A stretch of 64,000 nt of DNA from Methanocellales archaeon (GCA_030018435.1 JASEEY010000002.1:28544-92543); one strand, 5' to 3'. Shown: positions 1-10,839, counted from the stretch's first letter. Numbers and translations are program-made. The notes: a model not told the origin generated them from the sequence alone.

Positions 1-193
1 TACCCCATCCTTCGGCTGATGTCCGCATTCCAGCATATATGTCAGGACCGTAAGGCTGCAGCCTGTTGGCCTGCGCTGCAAGGACCGCCCTTTTTATCAG
101 GTCAGGCCTGTATTCTTCCTCGAAGACCTTGGGTAACTCTACCTTTCCCTTGACTTTTCCCGATAAACCTATGAGTTGCACCTTCATGATCAT
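1..193 (-). CDS. rpl4: 50S ribosomal protein L4 (5' part, runs off window start)
   Basis: Manual translation M(IM)[46 protein letters not shown]; TGATG overlap with the rpl3 stop. Confidence 0.93.
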   Translation of the reverse strand, partial: MIMKVQLIGLSGKVKGKVELPKVFEEEYRPDLIKRAVLAAQANRLQPYGPDIYAGMRTSAEGWG

Positions 194-1206
194 CATCCTT
201 GTTTGGATTCTAAGCTAATATGTCTGATTTCTGGAGCCTCTTTTGGCACCATTTTCGGTCTGATTGCCGACCTCATCCTGATCAAGCGCTTTGCAGGACC
301 AGGAACAGTTCCCTTGAGCAATACGAACGTGTTCTTGACAATGCCGTAGTTCAAGAACCCCCCCTTTGGTGTGATCTTATCTCCATCCGAACCTATCTGC
401 AGGATGCGCTTATTAAATTCAGTCCGCTGATGATAACCGGTTTGCCCCAGCTGTGGCACCCTCCAGCTTATTCTAGCAGGATGCCATGGTCCCAGCGTTC
501 CGATGTGCCTTTTTTTACCCGTTCTCGCATGTTTGCGCTTTTGAACTTGCACTCCCCACCTTTTCACAGGACCTTGAGTTCCTTTGCCCGTTGTGATGGC
601 TGCCACATCCACGAGTTCTCCATTCTTAAAAACATCCGATACATCTATTTCCTTGCCCAGGATGTCCTTCGCATATTCAAACCTGGCGGGAACATCTCCC
701 CCACCTATGCGGTTCTCCATCATATCCGGCTTTTTCTTTGGAATGCTCCCTACATTCTTGGGCAATGTATAGGTTAGTATTCGGATATCGTCTACCACAC
801 CCTTAGATATCAATTCACTGATGCGCTTTAGCGCCGCCCCCGTGTCATGTTTTTCGGGTGGTGGCAGCAATCTACTGAGCTCTGGGTCCAGTTTTTTCGC
901 CCATGCTTCTGCTACGGATTTGGTGCCATATAGTGTATGGGAATAAACCCGAATAGCTGCTACTCTCATAGCAGGTGTTTCGATGACTGTAGCAGGGACG
1001 GAAATTTCCATGCCCTCTGTGAGGCTATGCGGTATGTCATCTACCATTGTCAGATGGGTCATTCCGGCTTTGTAACCGGCAAATCCCTGTACCTTCGGTT
1101 CACCCTCACCCTCTGGCCAAGACCCGAATTTTGCTACGTGTGCCTTTGCCCTCTTTCTCGGGCTGAATGCCAGGGAGCCCTTTCTCGGACTGTGTCTTTT
1201 TGTCAT
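193..1206 (-). CDS. rpl3: 50S ribosomal protein L3
   Basis: [22 protein letters not shown] and [14 protein letters not shown] motifs. Confidence 0.98.
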   Translation of the reverse strand: MTKRHSPRKGSLAFSPRKRAKAHVAKFGSWPEGEGEPKVQGFAGYKAGMTHLTMVDDIPHSLTEGMEISVPATVIETPAMRVAAIRVYSHTLYGTKSVAEAWAKKLDPELSRLLPPPEKHDTGAALKRISELISKGVVDDIRILTYTLPKNVGSIPKKKPDMMENRIGGGDVPARFEYAKDILGKEIDVSDVFKNGELVDVAAITTGKGTQGPVKRWGVQVQKRKHARTGKKRHIGTLGPWHPARISWRVPQLGQTGYHQRTEFNKRILQIGSDGDKITPKGGFLNYGIVKNTFVLLKGTVPGPAKRLIRMRSAIRPKMVPKEAPEIRHISLESKQG

Positions 1207-1216
1207 TTTCGCTCCG

Positions 1217-2029
1217 TTATCTAACTAAGTTTAATATCGATAGGGTTGCAAATACCGCCTCTTCTGTTCTAACGGTGGCGGTTCCCTGATTTGGTATAGT
1301 GTTGATGACGTAGTCTGCAAGGTCGGAAAGCGTGCAGCCCTCCTCGTGCAGGATATCCCCTATACCCCTTGTGGGAGAACCAAACACAACTGAGACGCTC
1401 TCTTTCATCGCTTTCTGCAATTGAGCGAGTAATCGCTCATCTACAATGCTACCCTTTCTTGATGTTGCAATTACCAGTGGTTGCGCTTTGAGCGTCTCGC
1501 CCAGCGTTCCTGAGATTTCGGTTTGATATCCCCAGTACTGGGGGATTTGACGTCTATCCCACAGCTCAGCTTGCAGGGGTCTTCGCGAAAAGATCCTGAC
1601 GGTCACACGCTCTCCCTTGCGCACTGTTCTGTCAGCACGCAACGGAACTGGGCCTTCTGTGCCGATATCGACCCAAGCGCCTTCGTCAGATCCGACCACG
1701 ACTCCTTCTCGATATTCTCCTACTTCAGGAGATGAACGCGATGGATGATGGGGTGTCCGTAGCGGCGGGATCACTCCCACATACTTAAGCTCGTCCATCA
1801 AAGGGAAGAGGTGTTTTCTCAGATATTGCGGCGTTTCCGCGTATCTGAGCACCAGGTCGATGAATTTGCTGTCATCGTATTCTGGATCTTTGTATACGAT
1901 GATTCTGTCCACCCTGAAAATGGACGCCGCCCTGGCGATTTGTCCCACCTTGTATGTCTTGATTCGCTGGTCCTTGCTCTCAGACGTCAAGGACGATGGT
2001 ATTATTATCGACAGATCACCGCTGCGCAT
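1217..2029 (-). CDS. SPOUT-family RNA methyltransferase (DUF171/MTH1-like)
   Basis: [12 protein letters not shown] and [16 protein letters not shown] motifs; conserved position upstream of rpl3. Confidence 0.9.
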   Translation of the reverse strand: MRSGDLSIIIPSSLTSESKDQRIKTYKVGQIARAASIFRVDRIIVYKDPEYDDSKFIDLVLRYAETPQYLRKHLFPLMDELKYVGVIPPLRTPHHPSRSSPEVGEYREGVVVGSDEGAWVDIGTEGPVPLRADRTVRKGERVTVRIFSRRPLQAELWDRRQIPQYWGYQTEISGTLGETLKAQPLVIATSRKGSIVDERLLAQLQKAMKESVSVVFGSPTRGIGDILHEEGCTLSDLADYVINTIPNQGTATVRTEEAVFATLSILNLVR

Positions 2030-2113
2030 CTCGTGTTTCCTCCTAGATTGGACTATTCTTATATAAAGGTTGCCTGTGATAAGTTTTGTGTGTGGCTTTT
2101 CTGTATTGGGGAC

Positions 2114-2605
2114 TTACTCAATTTCTCTCAGTAACTCCACAAGTACGTCTTCTCTGATTCGATATCCCTTCTGGATGAGTTCGAACACACTTTCTTTTAA
2201 ATTTCTTTTTGACAGATGTCCTTCCTCATACAGTTTGGAGAGGGTCCAGAGCGTGCCTCTCGGTCTTAAACCTAAAACTCTCGCCAATCTTCTAATCCTT
2301 GCCTCATCTATCAAAATATCCTCTATCTTCTGATCCAAAGCAAGAGATAAAGCGGCCTTTTCGCCCTGTTCAATTGGGACATCTTTCAATTTGGCGATGT
2401 CTGTGCTTTTTACGATGATCAATCCATCTTTTATCAATTCCTCTATGATGCTGGCATCTAAGTAGCCTTTTTCTTTACCAACGACAACGACCTCGTTATG
2501 GACCTCCTCTGGGATTAGCACTTCAGCGAAAAGTTCTTTTAAAAAATGCAGTTTTCCTATCTTGGCCAAGTATATCAGAGGAGTGGAATCACTCACTACC
2601 CGCAC
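2114..2605 (-). CDS. PIN-domain toxin (DUF3368 type)
   Basis: VVSDSTPLIYL...GEKAALSLA...ILIDE...GTL. Confidence 0.88.
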   Translation of the reverse strand: MRVVSDSTPLIYLAKIGKLHFLKELFAEVLIPEEVHNEVVVVGKEKGYLDASIIEELIKDGLIIVKSTDIAKLKDVPIEQGEKAALSLALDQKIEDILIDEARIRRLARVLGLRPRGTLWTLSKLYEEGHLSKRNLKESVFELIQKGYRIREDVLVELLREIE

Positions 2606-2912
2606 GCTTTTTCCTCCGAATCGGCCCTAGATCCTCTGCTAGTTCCTCTTTCCCATAGTCGAGGTATAACCCCTCCTTGGATACCAGATCGATCATTTCC
2701 CAAAGAGAGATTTTGGCAATCTTCGCAGCTCCCCGAAGTGATGTCTTCCCAGCTTTATAGAGTTCTATGGCCTCTTCCCTTTTTTTCATCTCCACCGCAT
2801 CGGCTAGGAGCCTTCTTATCATGGCAGATTTGTCCAATTGCTCCTTCTCTGCAAGCTCTTCGACATCTCTCGCTAACTTGTCAGACGCTCGAGTGGTTAA
2901 GGTTGCAGTCAT
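2589..2912 (-). CDS. UPF0175-family antitoxin (RHH/HTH)
   Basis: MTATLTTR...AIELYKAGKTSLRGAAKIAKISLWEM; overlaps the PIN gene; ATG at 2912 chosen. Confidence 0.85.
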   Translation of the reverse strand: MTATLTTRASDKLARDVEELAEKEQLDKSAMIRRLLADAVEMKKREEAIELYKAGKTSLRGAAKIAKISLWEMIDLVSKEGLYLDYGKEELAEDLGPIRRKKRAGSE

Positions 2913-2930
2913 ATGTCTCACTTTGTATCG

Positions 2931-2956
2931 TTTCGTATACATATATTTTGTATACA
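2931..2956. promoter_or_regulatory. Putative TA autoregulatory operator (two GTATAC palindromes)
   Basis: gtatac-atatatttt-gtatac just upstream of the antitoxin start. Confidence 0.45.
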
Positions 2957-3046
2957 ACTTAAAGTTTTTCCTCAAAAGTTCACATTTTTGGACTGATAAC
3001 TTCATAGGATATTATTAATCAGAGTTAAGTGATAAAGTAGATTAGT

Positions 3047-3127
3047 ATGAAAAAATTTGAATTTCTGGAGCGTCAGTACAGGCGCCTTGAAGAAAAAGAT
3101 GAGTTCACCCCTCTGGATGAGATCTGA
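3047..3127 (+). pseudogene. 26-aa chimeric mini-ORF: archease-like N-terminus plus antitoxin-like C-terminus
   Basis: MKKFEFLERQYRRLEEKDEFTPLDEI*; start matches archease MKKFEFLD, end matches the antitoxin at 34962 (EEFTPLDEI*). Confidence 0.55.
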
Positions 3128-3189
3128 TGGTGTTCTCCGAAGGTGCTCCGATAACTATTATTAATCAAGTGACAAATGAAGACACCAAC

Positions 3190-3612
3190 ATGAAGAAATT
3201 CGAGTTCTTGGATTTTGCGACTGCGGACGTTTGCTTTAGAGCATATGGTGCAACGCTGGATGAATTATTTGCTAACGCCGCTCTAGCGATGCTCGAGGTC
3301 ATGGTGGAGACGAAGAACGTCGAGCCGAAGATTACGAAAGAAATTGAAGTCAAGGGCGAAGACCTGAAGTCGTTGATGTTCGATTGGTTAAACGAATTAC
3401 TCTTTTACGTCGACTCCGAAGGTTTGGTGTTTTCCAGGTTCGATGTCGAGGTGGATGAAAAACGGATGGCGCTCAGCGCAAAGGTCTCAGGCGAGCGGGT
3501 AGACCTCCAAAAGCACAGGATTAAAACTCAGGTAAAGGCCTGCACGTATCACAAGATGGAGGTCGAGAAGCGCGATGGAAAATGGATGGCGCAGGTGATC
3601 GTCGATGTGTGA
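3190..3612 (+). CDS. Archease (RtcB activator)
   Basis: FEFLDFATADV...AYGATLDELFANAA...VKACTYH...IVDV C-terminus. Confidence 0.93.
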   Translation: MKKFEFLDFATADVCFRAYGATLDELFANAALAMLEVMVETKNVEPKITKEIEVKGEDLKSLMFDWLNELLFYVDSEGLVFSRFDVEVDEKRMALSAKVSGERVDLQKHRIKTQVKACTYHKMEVEKRDGKWMAQVIVDV

Positions 3613-3613
3613 T

Positions 3614-3748
3614 GTGGCGAAGGTGGAAAAGAGGAAATGTCCCAATTGCGGCGCAAGCCTAGAATTCGTCCTCGACGAGTGGATGTGCGCAGAGTGCGAG
3701 TATCATGAGGAGGCGCCAAAGAAGGAGGTGAAAGGGTCGTTTAGGTGA
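3614..3748 (+). CDS. Small CPxCG zinc-ribbon protein (44 aa)
   Basis: Manual translation from GTG: MAKVEKRKCPNCGASLEFVLDEWMCAECEYHEEAPKKEVKGSFR*. Confidence 0.7.
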   Translation: MAKVEKRKCPNCGASLEFVLDEWMCAECEYHEEAPKKEVKGSFR

Positions 3749-3804
3749 ATTTATGGCGCGTCTTAAGAAAGATATCTCTTCACATTTAGTAATTATGTTA
3801 ACCA

Positions 3805-4146
3805 TTATAACTGATGTTTCTCAGAGTTTAGTAAATTATTATAGATTTCGTCTAAATTTCGAGAAATGCTCCTTATTCTTTTATTTATTCTTCTTGTATC
3901 TAATAGATAAAGAATCACTATAACTATGGATATTGCTCCAAAAATCGCATATAATGTTTTCACATGTTCGGGGATGACTTCTCCTACTACTAATAATAAT
4001 GTTAATAATAGAATAATACCCGTTAGGGCAACATTATGTGTAAGATTTTCTCTATACAACGCTACATCTAACTTCTTCTTTTCATAATCAATAAGCAAAT
4101 TCCATTTGTCTTTTTGAGTAAGTTTTGGTTTTTGCATGTTGAGCAT
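3805..4146 (-). CDS. AT-rich hypothetical membrane protein (2 TM)
   Basis: Two hydrophobic segments; TGATG coupling to the rtcB stop; much more AT-rich than neighbours. Confidence 0.6.
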   Translation of the reverse strand: MLNMQKPKLTQKDKWNLLIDYEKKKLDVALYRENLTHNVALTGIILLLTLLLVVGEVIPEHVKTLYAIFGAISIVIVILYLLDTRRINKRIRSISRNLDEIYNNLLNSEKHQL

Positions 4147-5597
4147 CACCCCTTCACAACACCCATCGGGACGAGTTTGGCAACCGTCTTGCTGATGCCC
4201 GCCACTTCGCACACGCGCACGACTTCATGAATGTCTTTATACACGCCCGGCGCCTCTTCCGCTAAGACCTTCCAGCTTGCTGAGCGTGCGAATATGCCCT
4301 TGCTTGCCAGGTTTGCCTTTACCCTCTCACCCCTGAATTGTTTCAGGGCAGCATGCCTGGACATGATTCGCCCTGCGCCATGGCAGACCGAGCTAAAAGT
4401 TTCTTCTTCAGCCATTTTTGTTCCCACCAAAACGTAGCTGGCAGATCCCATGTCCCCTGGAACGAGCACAGGCTGACCGACATCGCGATAATCTCTTGGT
4501 ATATCACTCGCTCCGGGACCCAGACACCGGGTTCCACCCTTGCGGTGCACGAAAACCCTCGCCCTCTTCCCATCTATCTCATGCTCCTCTAATTTGCCGA
4601 TGTTGTGCGCAACGTCGTAGACAACATCAAGACCAAGCTCGTCCTGCGACATGCCCAGAATCTTGGTAATGCTCTCTCTCACCCAGTGGGTTATCATCTG
4701 TCTATTGCACCACGCGAAATTGGCGGCGCAGGACATGGCAGCGAAGTAATCCTCGCACTCCTTCGTTCCCGCCGGTGCATAGACCAATTCACGGTCAGGC
4801 AACTTTGCCACCTCTGCTCTAAACACGGTCTCGAGAATTCGCAGATAATCCGTACACACTTGGTGTCCAAAACCCCTGGAGCCGGTGTGAATCATGACAC
4901 AGACCTGCCCTTCACGTGCTATGCCAAACGTTTTTGCAATATCCGGTAGGTAGATTTTGTCCACCTTCTGAATCTCCAGAAAGTGATTTCCTGCGCCCAA
5001 AGACCCCAATTGCGGAGCACCCCTTTGTTTTGCCTTCAGCGAAACCTTTGCTGAATTGGCAGATTTCATGCACCCCTTTTCTTCTAGGTGCTCGAGGTCT
5101 TTTTCAATTCCATAGCCGTTTTTCACGCCCCATTCTGCCCCCATCTCGAGAACTTCGTCAAGTTGCTGCGGAGATAACCTGATCTTTCCACCCTTGCCGA
5201 CACCAGAGGGAACGTTCTGGAATATCTCCGTCACAAGTCCTTCTAAATGCGGTTTGACATCCTCCGTGCTCAGATTCGTCCTCAACAGGCGAACGCCACA
5301 GTTGATGTCAAAACCTATCCCTCCTGGAGAGAGGCCGCCCGTTTCAGAATCCAGGGCGGCAACGCCACCGATTGGAAAGCCGTAGCCAAAATGCATATCC
5401 GGTAATGCGATGGAATGTTTGTAAATTCCCGGCAGGCAGGCGACGTTTGCAGCCTGCGTTATAGCACTCTCCTCAACCTGCTTCAGCAAGGTCTCTGACA
5501 AGAATATCCATGTCGGGACGTGCATTCCTTCAACAGCGCCCTTGGGTAACTCCCACAGGCATTCGTTGAGTTTTTTTAATTTCTCCTTCAATGTCAT
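4146..5597 (-). CDS. rtcB: tRNA-splicing ligase RtcB
   Basis: PDMHFGYGFPIGG, DINCGVR, GNHFLEIQ, HTGSRG, HNIGK and HGAGR motifs. Confidence 0.97.
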   Translation of the reverse strand: MTLKEKLKKLNECLWELPKGAVEGMHVPTWIFLSETLLKQVEESAITQAANVACLPGIYKHSIALPDMHFGYGFPIGGVAALDSETGGLSPGGIGFDINCGVRLLRTNLSTEDVKPHLEGLVTEIFQNVPSGVGKGGKIRLSPQQLDEVLEMGAEWGVKNGYGIEKDLEHLEEKGCMKSANSAKVSLKAKQRGAPQLGSLGAGNHFLEIQKVDKIYLPDIAKTFGIAREGQVCVMIHTGSRGFGHQVCTDYLRILETVFRAEVAKLPDRELVYAPAGTKECEDYFAAMSCAANFAWCNRQMITHWVRESITKILGMSQDELGLDVVYDVAHNIGKLEEHEIDGKRARVFVHRKGGTRCLGPGASDIPRDYRDVGQPVLVPGDMGSASYVLVGTKMAEEETFSSVCHGAGRIMSRHAALKQFRGERVKANLASKGIFARSASWKVLAEEAPGVYKDIHEVVRVCEVAGISKTVAKLVPMGVVKG

Positions 5598-5611
5598 TTA
5601 CTCCTTTTTTA

Positions 5612-5777
5612 CGCCGAGGAAGGGATTTGAACCCTTGCGTTCCAGAGGAACACCGGTTGTCTTTCAAGGAGAAACTACGTTTCTCCCTTGACCCTCTTAT
5701 TTTTCCGTTAACGCTTTTGCACGAAGTGGAAAAGGGTTATTCAAGACCGGCGCCTTAGTCCACTTGGCTACCTCGGC
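5612..5777 (-). tRNA. tRNA-Ser(TGA) with an 81-nt intron (5659-5739) at 37/38
   Basis: GCCGAGG acceptor stem, CCGGT-CT-TGA-A^intron^A-ACCGG, long variable arm, AAGGG-TTCAAAT-CCCTT T arm, G discriminator. Confidence 0.9.
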
Positions 5778-5839
5778 AACCGCGATAGAAAAATGGACTT
5801 GGCACATATTAACGTTACCCTCATATTGCAGGAGGACAA

Positions 5840-5866
5840 TGGTATGCGTAGCTTAAGCGAAGCGCA
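5840..5866 (+). repeat. Copy of the dispersed GNA-triloop repeat
   Basis: tggtatgcgtagcttaagcgaagcg, 3 mismatches in 25 nt to the reverse complement of the 43241 unit. Confidence 0.7.
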
Positions 5867-5870
5867 TAGC

Positions 5871-5944
5871 GGGCCCGTAGTATAGTTCGGATAGTACAGG
5901 GGCCTCCGGAGCCCTTAACCCGGGTTCAAATCCCGGCGGGCCCG
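5871..5944 (+). tRNA. tRNA-Arg(CCG)
   Basis: GGGCCCG...GGGGC-CT-CCG-GA-GCCCT...CCGGG-TTCAAAT-CCCGG-CGGGCCC-G. Confidence 0.95.
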
Positions 5945-5961
5945 TGGACTTTGAAAGGACT

Positions 5962-6273
5962 TTACCCTTCTAGCACGATCTCGATGCTGACATCTTCCGG
6001 GACCTGAATCCTCATCAGCTGTCGTAGCGCCCTTTCGTCCGCGTCTATATTTATCAGGCGCTTGTGCATCTTCATCGTCCAATGCTCCCAAGTGGCGGTA
6101 CCTTCTCCATCTGGACTCTTTCTGCATGGCACTACAAGCTTCTTTGTTGGGAGTGGAATTGGCCCAGAGATATTTACGCCCGTTCTTTCAGCGATTTGCT
6201 TGACCTGATTGCAAACATCATCCAATTTATTCGGACTGGTTCCTGATAGTCGTATCTTTGCTCGCTGGGCCAT
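5962..6273 (-). CDS. rps10: 30S ribosomal protein S10
   Basis: [23 protein letters not shown]...MHKRLI. Confidence 0.98.
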   Translation of the reverse strand: MAQRAKIRLSGTSPNKLDDVCNQVKQIAERTGVNISGPIPLPTKKLVVPCRKSPDGEGTATWEHWTMKMHKRLINIDADERALRQLMRIQVPEDVSIEIVLEG

Positions 6274-6286
6274 TTTTCCATCCTAA

Positions 6287-7552
6287 TTATCGAGACTTGA
6301 TGTCGGTGCACATACCAGCAGCGATCGTCATCCCCATGTCCCGGATCGCAAATCGTCCTAGCTGTGGAATGTCCTTGACCTTTTCGATGACCATTGGACG
6401 TGTTGGTTTAACCTGTACAATCGCTGCATCGCCCGTTTTCAGGAAATCTGGCTTTTCTTCCTTGGTCTGTCCAGTCTTGGGATCCAGCTTACTTTTAAGT
6501 TCGGTTAACGTGCAGGCAACCTGCGCGGTGTGACAGTGGAAAACCGGTGTGTATCCTACTGTAATCGCAGATGGATGCTGAAGTACGACTATTTGCGCCG
6601 TGAATTCATCCGCAACGGTTGGTGGTTTGTCAGGGTGTCCACAGACATCCCCTCTTCGTATGTCCTCCTTGCTGATCCCTCTAACGTTGAACCCTATGTT
6701 ATCGCCTGGAACTGCTTCTGGAATCTCCTCGTGATGCATTTCGATCGATTTGATCTCGCCGCTAACGTTTGCTGGCTGGAATATGACCTTATCGCCTTTC
6801 TTCATCTTGCCCGTCTCCACACGTCCGACGGGAACGGTTCCAACACCGGAGATGGTGTACACATCCTGGACCGGGACGCGCAGCGGCAACGTGACAGGCT
6901 TCTCTGGCTCTTTCAGCATATCAAGTGCTTCTAACACCGTGGGTCCAGTGTACCACGGCATTTTCTCGCTTTCCTTGGAAACTGCATCTCCCTTAAACGC
7001 AGAAGTCGGTATGAACTGAATACCTTCAGTCTTGTATCCAACCGTTTTGAGGAGCTTTTCGACATCAGCTTTTACCTGTTTGTACCTGCCCTCATCATAG
7101 TTAACGACGTCCATCTTGTTGAGGACCACGATCAACTGATTGACCCCGAGCGTTCGCGCTAGGAATATGTGCTCCTTGGTCTGGGGCATCACCCCCTCTT
7201 TTGCATCTACCACCAGCACGGCCGCATCTGCTTGCGATGCGCCGGTGATCATATTTTTTACGAAGTCCCTATGCCCAGGACAATCAACGATGGTGAAGTA
7301 GTATTTGGGTGTATCAAATCGCCTATGGGCGATGTCGATGGTGAGCCCTCTCTCCCTCTCTTCTTTCAACGAGTCCATTACCCATGCAAACTCGAACGTA
7401 GCCTTTCCTTTTGCCTCTGCCTCTTTCTTGTACTCTTCAATTATGTGCTTTGGTACAGCGCCAGTCTCGAACAATAGTCGTCCCACGAGTGTCGATTTCC
7501 CATGGTCAACGTGTCCGATCATCGCCAAATTCAGGTGTGGTTTTCCTGCCAT
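6287..7552 (-). CDS. tuf: Elongation factor 1-alpha
   Basis: [31 protein letters not shown]. Confidence 0.99.
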   Translation of the reverse strand: MAGKPHLNLAMIGHVDHGKSTLVGRLLFETGAVPKHIIEEYKKEAEAKGKATFEFAWVMDSLKEERERGLTIDIAHRRFDTPKYYFTIVDCPGHRDFVKNMITGASQADAAVLVVDAKEGVMPQTKEHIFLARTLGVNQLIVVLNKMDVVNYDEGRYKQVKADVEKLLKTVGYKTEGIQFIPTSAFKGDAVSKESEKMPWYTGPTVLEALDMLKEPEKPVTLPLRVPVQDVYTISGVGTVPVGRVETGKMKKGDKVIFQPANVSGEIKSIEMHHEEIPEAVPGDNIGFNVRGISKEDIRRGDVCGHPDKPPTVADEFTAQIVVLQHPSAITVGYTPVFHCHTAQVACTLTELKSKLDPKTGQTKEEKPDFLKTGDAAIVQVKPTRPMVIEKVKDIPQLGRFAIRDMGMTIAAGMCTDIKSR

Positions 7553-7677
7553 AATCTTCCTCCTTCATATTTGCTAATTACACTTAATCTGTGACGTGGA
7601 TTATGCTTTTCTTAGACTTATACAATTCGGTTCCAGTTTCATCGTGTCTATACAATATACCTTTCACTTCTTTTAGG

Positions 7678-9840
7678 TCACGAGATTTTTAAACCTTTTC
7701 TTTGCCGGATTTGCCGAATCAATCCTTCCTGCAGATTTTGCGGGAGTACCTGGAAGCCAGCGTGTTCAGTATTCCACAGAGCCCTTCCTTCTGTAGCGGA
7801 ACGTATATCTCCAGCAAATCCAAACAGCTCTGCCACCGGAGCCTTGCCTCTGATAAAACTCATGTCTCCTTCTTGCTGTATCTCCAAAATATGACCTCTA
7901 CGACCTTGAATCTCTCTGGTGGCGTTACCCATCAAATTGGTCGGTACGTGTATATATACATCTTGGATCGGCTCGAGAATTGCTGGTTCTGCCTGTCTGA
8001 CCGCTTCGTGAATTGCCTGTCTAACAGCTGGAATGACCTGCGCGGGCCCTCTGTGTATTGCATCTTCATGGAGCTTTACATCTACCAGCTTGACCTTTAT
8101 GCCCTGACACGGCTCTCTTGCAAGTGGGCCAGTTTCCATGGCCTCTTTAAATCCTTCGATAATGAGTTCGATCGTTTCTCTCAGGTATTGAATGCCTTTT
8201 GTCATATCCACAAGCACGTTGGAGTTGAAGATCTCCGCGACGTTTTTCGCCTGCTCTTTGTCCATCCCAGCATTCATCAACAGGTCTCTCCGCTCCAGTG
8301 CATCCATCCTCATGAAAACCTCGCCGGTTTTAATCATTTTGACGACAGCCTCCTCGAGAGGCTCAACCTCTATATAGAATCTGTTGTGTCTGTTTGGAGA
8401 TACGCCCTCCACAGGCCCTGCACCGCTTTGAACGGTTTCCCTATAAACTACAATTGGCGACGAAGTGGTAATGGGTACCTTATAATCTCGTCCAATCCTA
8501 TGAGTGACAATCTCCAGATGCAGTTCACCCATTCCAGATATGAGATGCTCTCCTGTCTCTTCGTCAATTTTAACGTTGAGCGTCGGATCCTCTTTTGATA
8601 TCTGCCGTAGCACTCCAATCAACTTTGGCAAATCCGTCATGCTTTTTGCCTCAACTGCAACGGTCACCACGGGCTCGCTGACATGTTTTATGCCCTCAAA
8701 TGGCAGCATATCCTTCAACGAGGTGATGGTAGATCCCACTATAGCGTTCTTCATTCCTGTTATCGCGGCAATGTTTCCAGCTGGAATTTTTTCAACCTCT
8801 AAACGCTCAGCACCCATGAATACGCCCACCTGCTGGACTCTGTTGGTTTCATATGTGCCGGAGATGTAAAGTTCTTGGCCACGTTCGAGTGCTCCACTGA
8901 ACAATCTTCCAGTAGCGACCTCTCCCGCATGTGGATCTATGCTGATGTCCGTTACCATCAATGCGATTGGTCCATTGGGGTCGCATTCCTCCATTGCTTT
9001 CCCCACCTCACTTGACTTGTCGCCCTTCCATATCACTCCTACTCTGTCTTTTTGTGCCGTTAGAGGATTTGGCAGGTGTCGTATGACCATGTCCAAAACG
9101 ATCTCGTGCAGAGGACTTCTCTCAGCGAGTTCTTTCATCCTGCCGGTCTGACAGCATTCATACACTTCCTTGAAACCTATACCGGTCCTCTTCATGTGTG
9201 GCACGCTGATCGCCCAGTTGTATAGCGCAGAACCGAAGGCGACGGTGCCATCAGTAGCATCAACCCCCCATCCTTGTGCGTACCGCTCTGGTTTCATGCC
9301 TTTGATCAACTTATTGATACTACCGATGAGGTTGCCGAGCCGGATTTGCATCTCCTGTTGGTCGATCTTAAGCTCGTTGATAAGTCTGTCCACCTTATTC
9401 ACGAAAAGAATGGGTTTGACGTTCTCTTTAAGGGCTTGACGTAGCACGGTCTCGGTCTGTGGCATCGCCCCTTCTACGGCATCCACCACTACTACTGCTC
9501 CATCCACCGCTCTCATCGCTCTGGTTACATCTCCCCCAAAGTCGATGTGACCAGGCGTGTCGATGAGGTTGATTAAATATTCCTCGCCCTCCAACTCATG
9601 GACCATCGAGACATTGGCCGCATAAATTGTGATACCTCTGGCTTGCTCCTCTTCGTCAAAATCCATGAACAGCTGTTTGCCGGCCAGTTCCTTCGAGATC
9701 ATTCCAGCACCGGCTAAGAGGTTGTCCGTTAGCGTCGTCTTCCCGTGGTCAATATGGGCAACGATGCCTATATTCCTGATTTTTTCTGGCTCGTACATCA
9801 GCGTTTTCACGCGTTCAATCATTTTCTTTCTTCTGGTCAT
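7678..9840 (-). CDS. fusA: Elongation factor 2
   Basis: [17 protein letters not shown], diphthamide loop [12 protein letters not shown]. Confidence 0.99.
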   Translation of the reverse strand: MTRRKKMIERVKTLMYEPEKIRNIGIVAHIDHGKTTLTDNLLAGAGMISKELAGKQLFMDFDEEEQARGITIYAANVSMVHELEGEEYLINLIDTPGHIDFGGDVTRAMRAVDGAVVVVDAVEGAMPQTETVLRQALKENVKPILFVNKVDRLINELKIDQQEMQIRLGNLIGSINKLIKGMKPERYAQGWGVDATDGTVAFGSALYNWAISVPHMKRTGIGFKEVYECCQTGRMKELAERSPLHEIVLDMVIRHLPNPLTAQKDRVGVIWKGDKSSEVGKAMEECDPNGPIALMVTDISIDPHAGEVATGRLFSGALERGQELYISGTYETNRVQQVGVFMGAERLEVEKIPAGNIAAITGMKNAIVGSTITSLKDMLPFEGIKHVSEPVVTVAVEAKSMTDLPKLIGVLRQISKEDPTLNVKIDEETGEHLISGMGELHLEIVTHRIGRDYKVPITTSSPIVVYRETVQSGAGPVEGVSPNRHNRFYIEVEPLEEAVVKMIKTGEVFMRMDALERRDLLMNAGMDKEQAKNVAEIFNSNVLVDMTKGIQYLRETIELIIEGFKEAMETGPLAREPCQGIKVKLVDVKLHEDAIHRGPAQVIPAVRQAIHEAVRQAEPAILEPIQDVYIHVPTNLMGNATREIQGRRGHILEIQQEGDMSFIRGKAPVAELFGFAGDIRSATEGRALWNTEHAGFQVLPQNLQEGLIRQIRQRKGLKIS

Positions 9841-9842
9841 GT

Positions 9843-10400
9843 CTATCGTGCTGCCTTTGCTACCCTTTCCTTCTCTTCTTTTTTGCTGATCGCATAGCTC
9901 TTCACATCATATTCTGACGCCGCTATGATCTCTGAGGCGAGGCACTCTTCTATGCTTCTTTTGCTTTTGAAGGCTGCTTTTTGAGCGCCTTGGGCTATAA
10001 ACATTAACGCCTGGTCTATCCTTCGTTGGGTGGAGGTATCTACGGATTTGGGGACTGAAATACCCCCATATTTTAACCTGACTACTTCCTCCCTTGGACC
10101 CGCGTTCTCTATCGCTTTTACGAGCAATTGGACAGGATTTTTTTCTGTTTTGTTGTGGACTATTTCGAACGCTTCTCTCACAATATTGAATGCCTTCTGT
10201 TTTTGACCCGTGCTGTGCTCTTTTCTCATCATTTTGTTGATCAACCGCTCTACGATGGATATGCCTGATTTGCTGAATTGCTGGCTGGCTACCCTGCCTC
10301 CTGTGTGGGGCGTTACAATTTCCTTGAGATTTACATACTGCCTGATCCCAGGATCCACGATCTCAATCTCTAAAACATCCCATTTCCCAAATATCTTCAT
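9843..10400 (-). CDS. rps7: 30S ribosomal protein S7
   Basis: KIFGKWD...PHTGGR...[13 protein letters not shown]. Confidence 0.98.
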   Translation of the reverse strand: MKIFGKWDVLEIEIVDPGIRQYVNLKEIVTPHTGGRVASQQFSKSGISIVERLINKMMRKEHSTGQKQKAFNIVREAFEIVHNKTEKNPVQLLVKAIENAGPREEVVRLKYGGISVPKSVDTSTQRRIDQALMFIAQGAQKAAFKSKRSIEECLASEIIAASEYDVKSYAISKKEEKERVAKAAR

Positions 10401-10404
10401 GAGA

Positions 10405-10833
10405 TCACCTTACTGGCTTCTCCTTGCGACCAGACACCATCTCTTCCAGCGATACATTGTTGACTTTTATTACCTTCCATCTCACACCTGGGATATCCCC
10501 CATCGCACCGCCCATCCTTCCTCCGATACCTTCAACGATGACTTCATCGTGTTCGTCTATGAAGTTAATCGCCCCATCTCCTGGGCAAAAGGCAGTTATC
10601 TGCCGTCCGTTCTTAATCAGTTGAACCCTGACACACTTTCGAATCGCGGAGTTGGGTTGCTTTGCCTCTACGCCCACTTTCTCGAGCACGATGCCCCTTG
10701 CTTGGGGCGCCCCCTCCAATGGATCTGCTTTTTTACCTAATCCAAGCGCCCGCCGCTTGTAGTAGATATCACTCCATCGATACTTTTTGCGCTCGCGCCT
10801 TAGCTTCCTAGCTGCATACATTCCTTTGCCCAT
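10405..10833 (-). CDS. rps12: 30S ribosomal protein S12
   Basis: [24 protein letters not shown]. Confidence 0.99.
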   Translation of the reverse strand: MGKGMYAARKLRRERKKYRWSDIYYKRRALGLGKKADPLEGAPQARGIVLEKVGVEAKQPNSAIRKCVRVQLIKNGRQITAFCPGDGAINFIDEHDEVIVEGIGGRMGGAMGDIPGVRWKVIKVNNVSLEEMVSGRKEKPVR

Positions 10834-10839
10834 TTTACC

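Noticed and set aside
5915-6127. 70-aa minus-strand ORF
   Set aside because: Alternate frame of rps10 overlapping tRNA-Arg.
7702-8598. 298-aa plus-strand ORF (and similar long antisense ORFs at 47911-48786 and 56455-57297)
   Set aside because: Antisense shadows of conserved genes (fusA, rps3ae/serS, eif2g) with no protein-like features.
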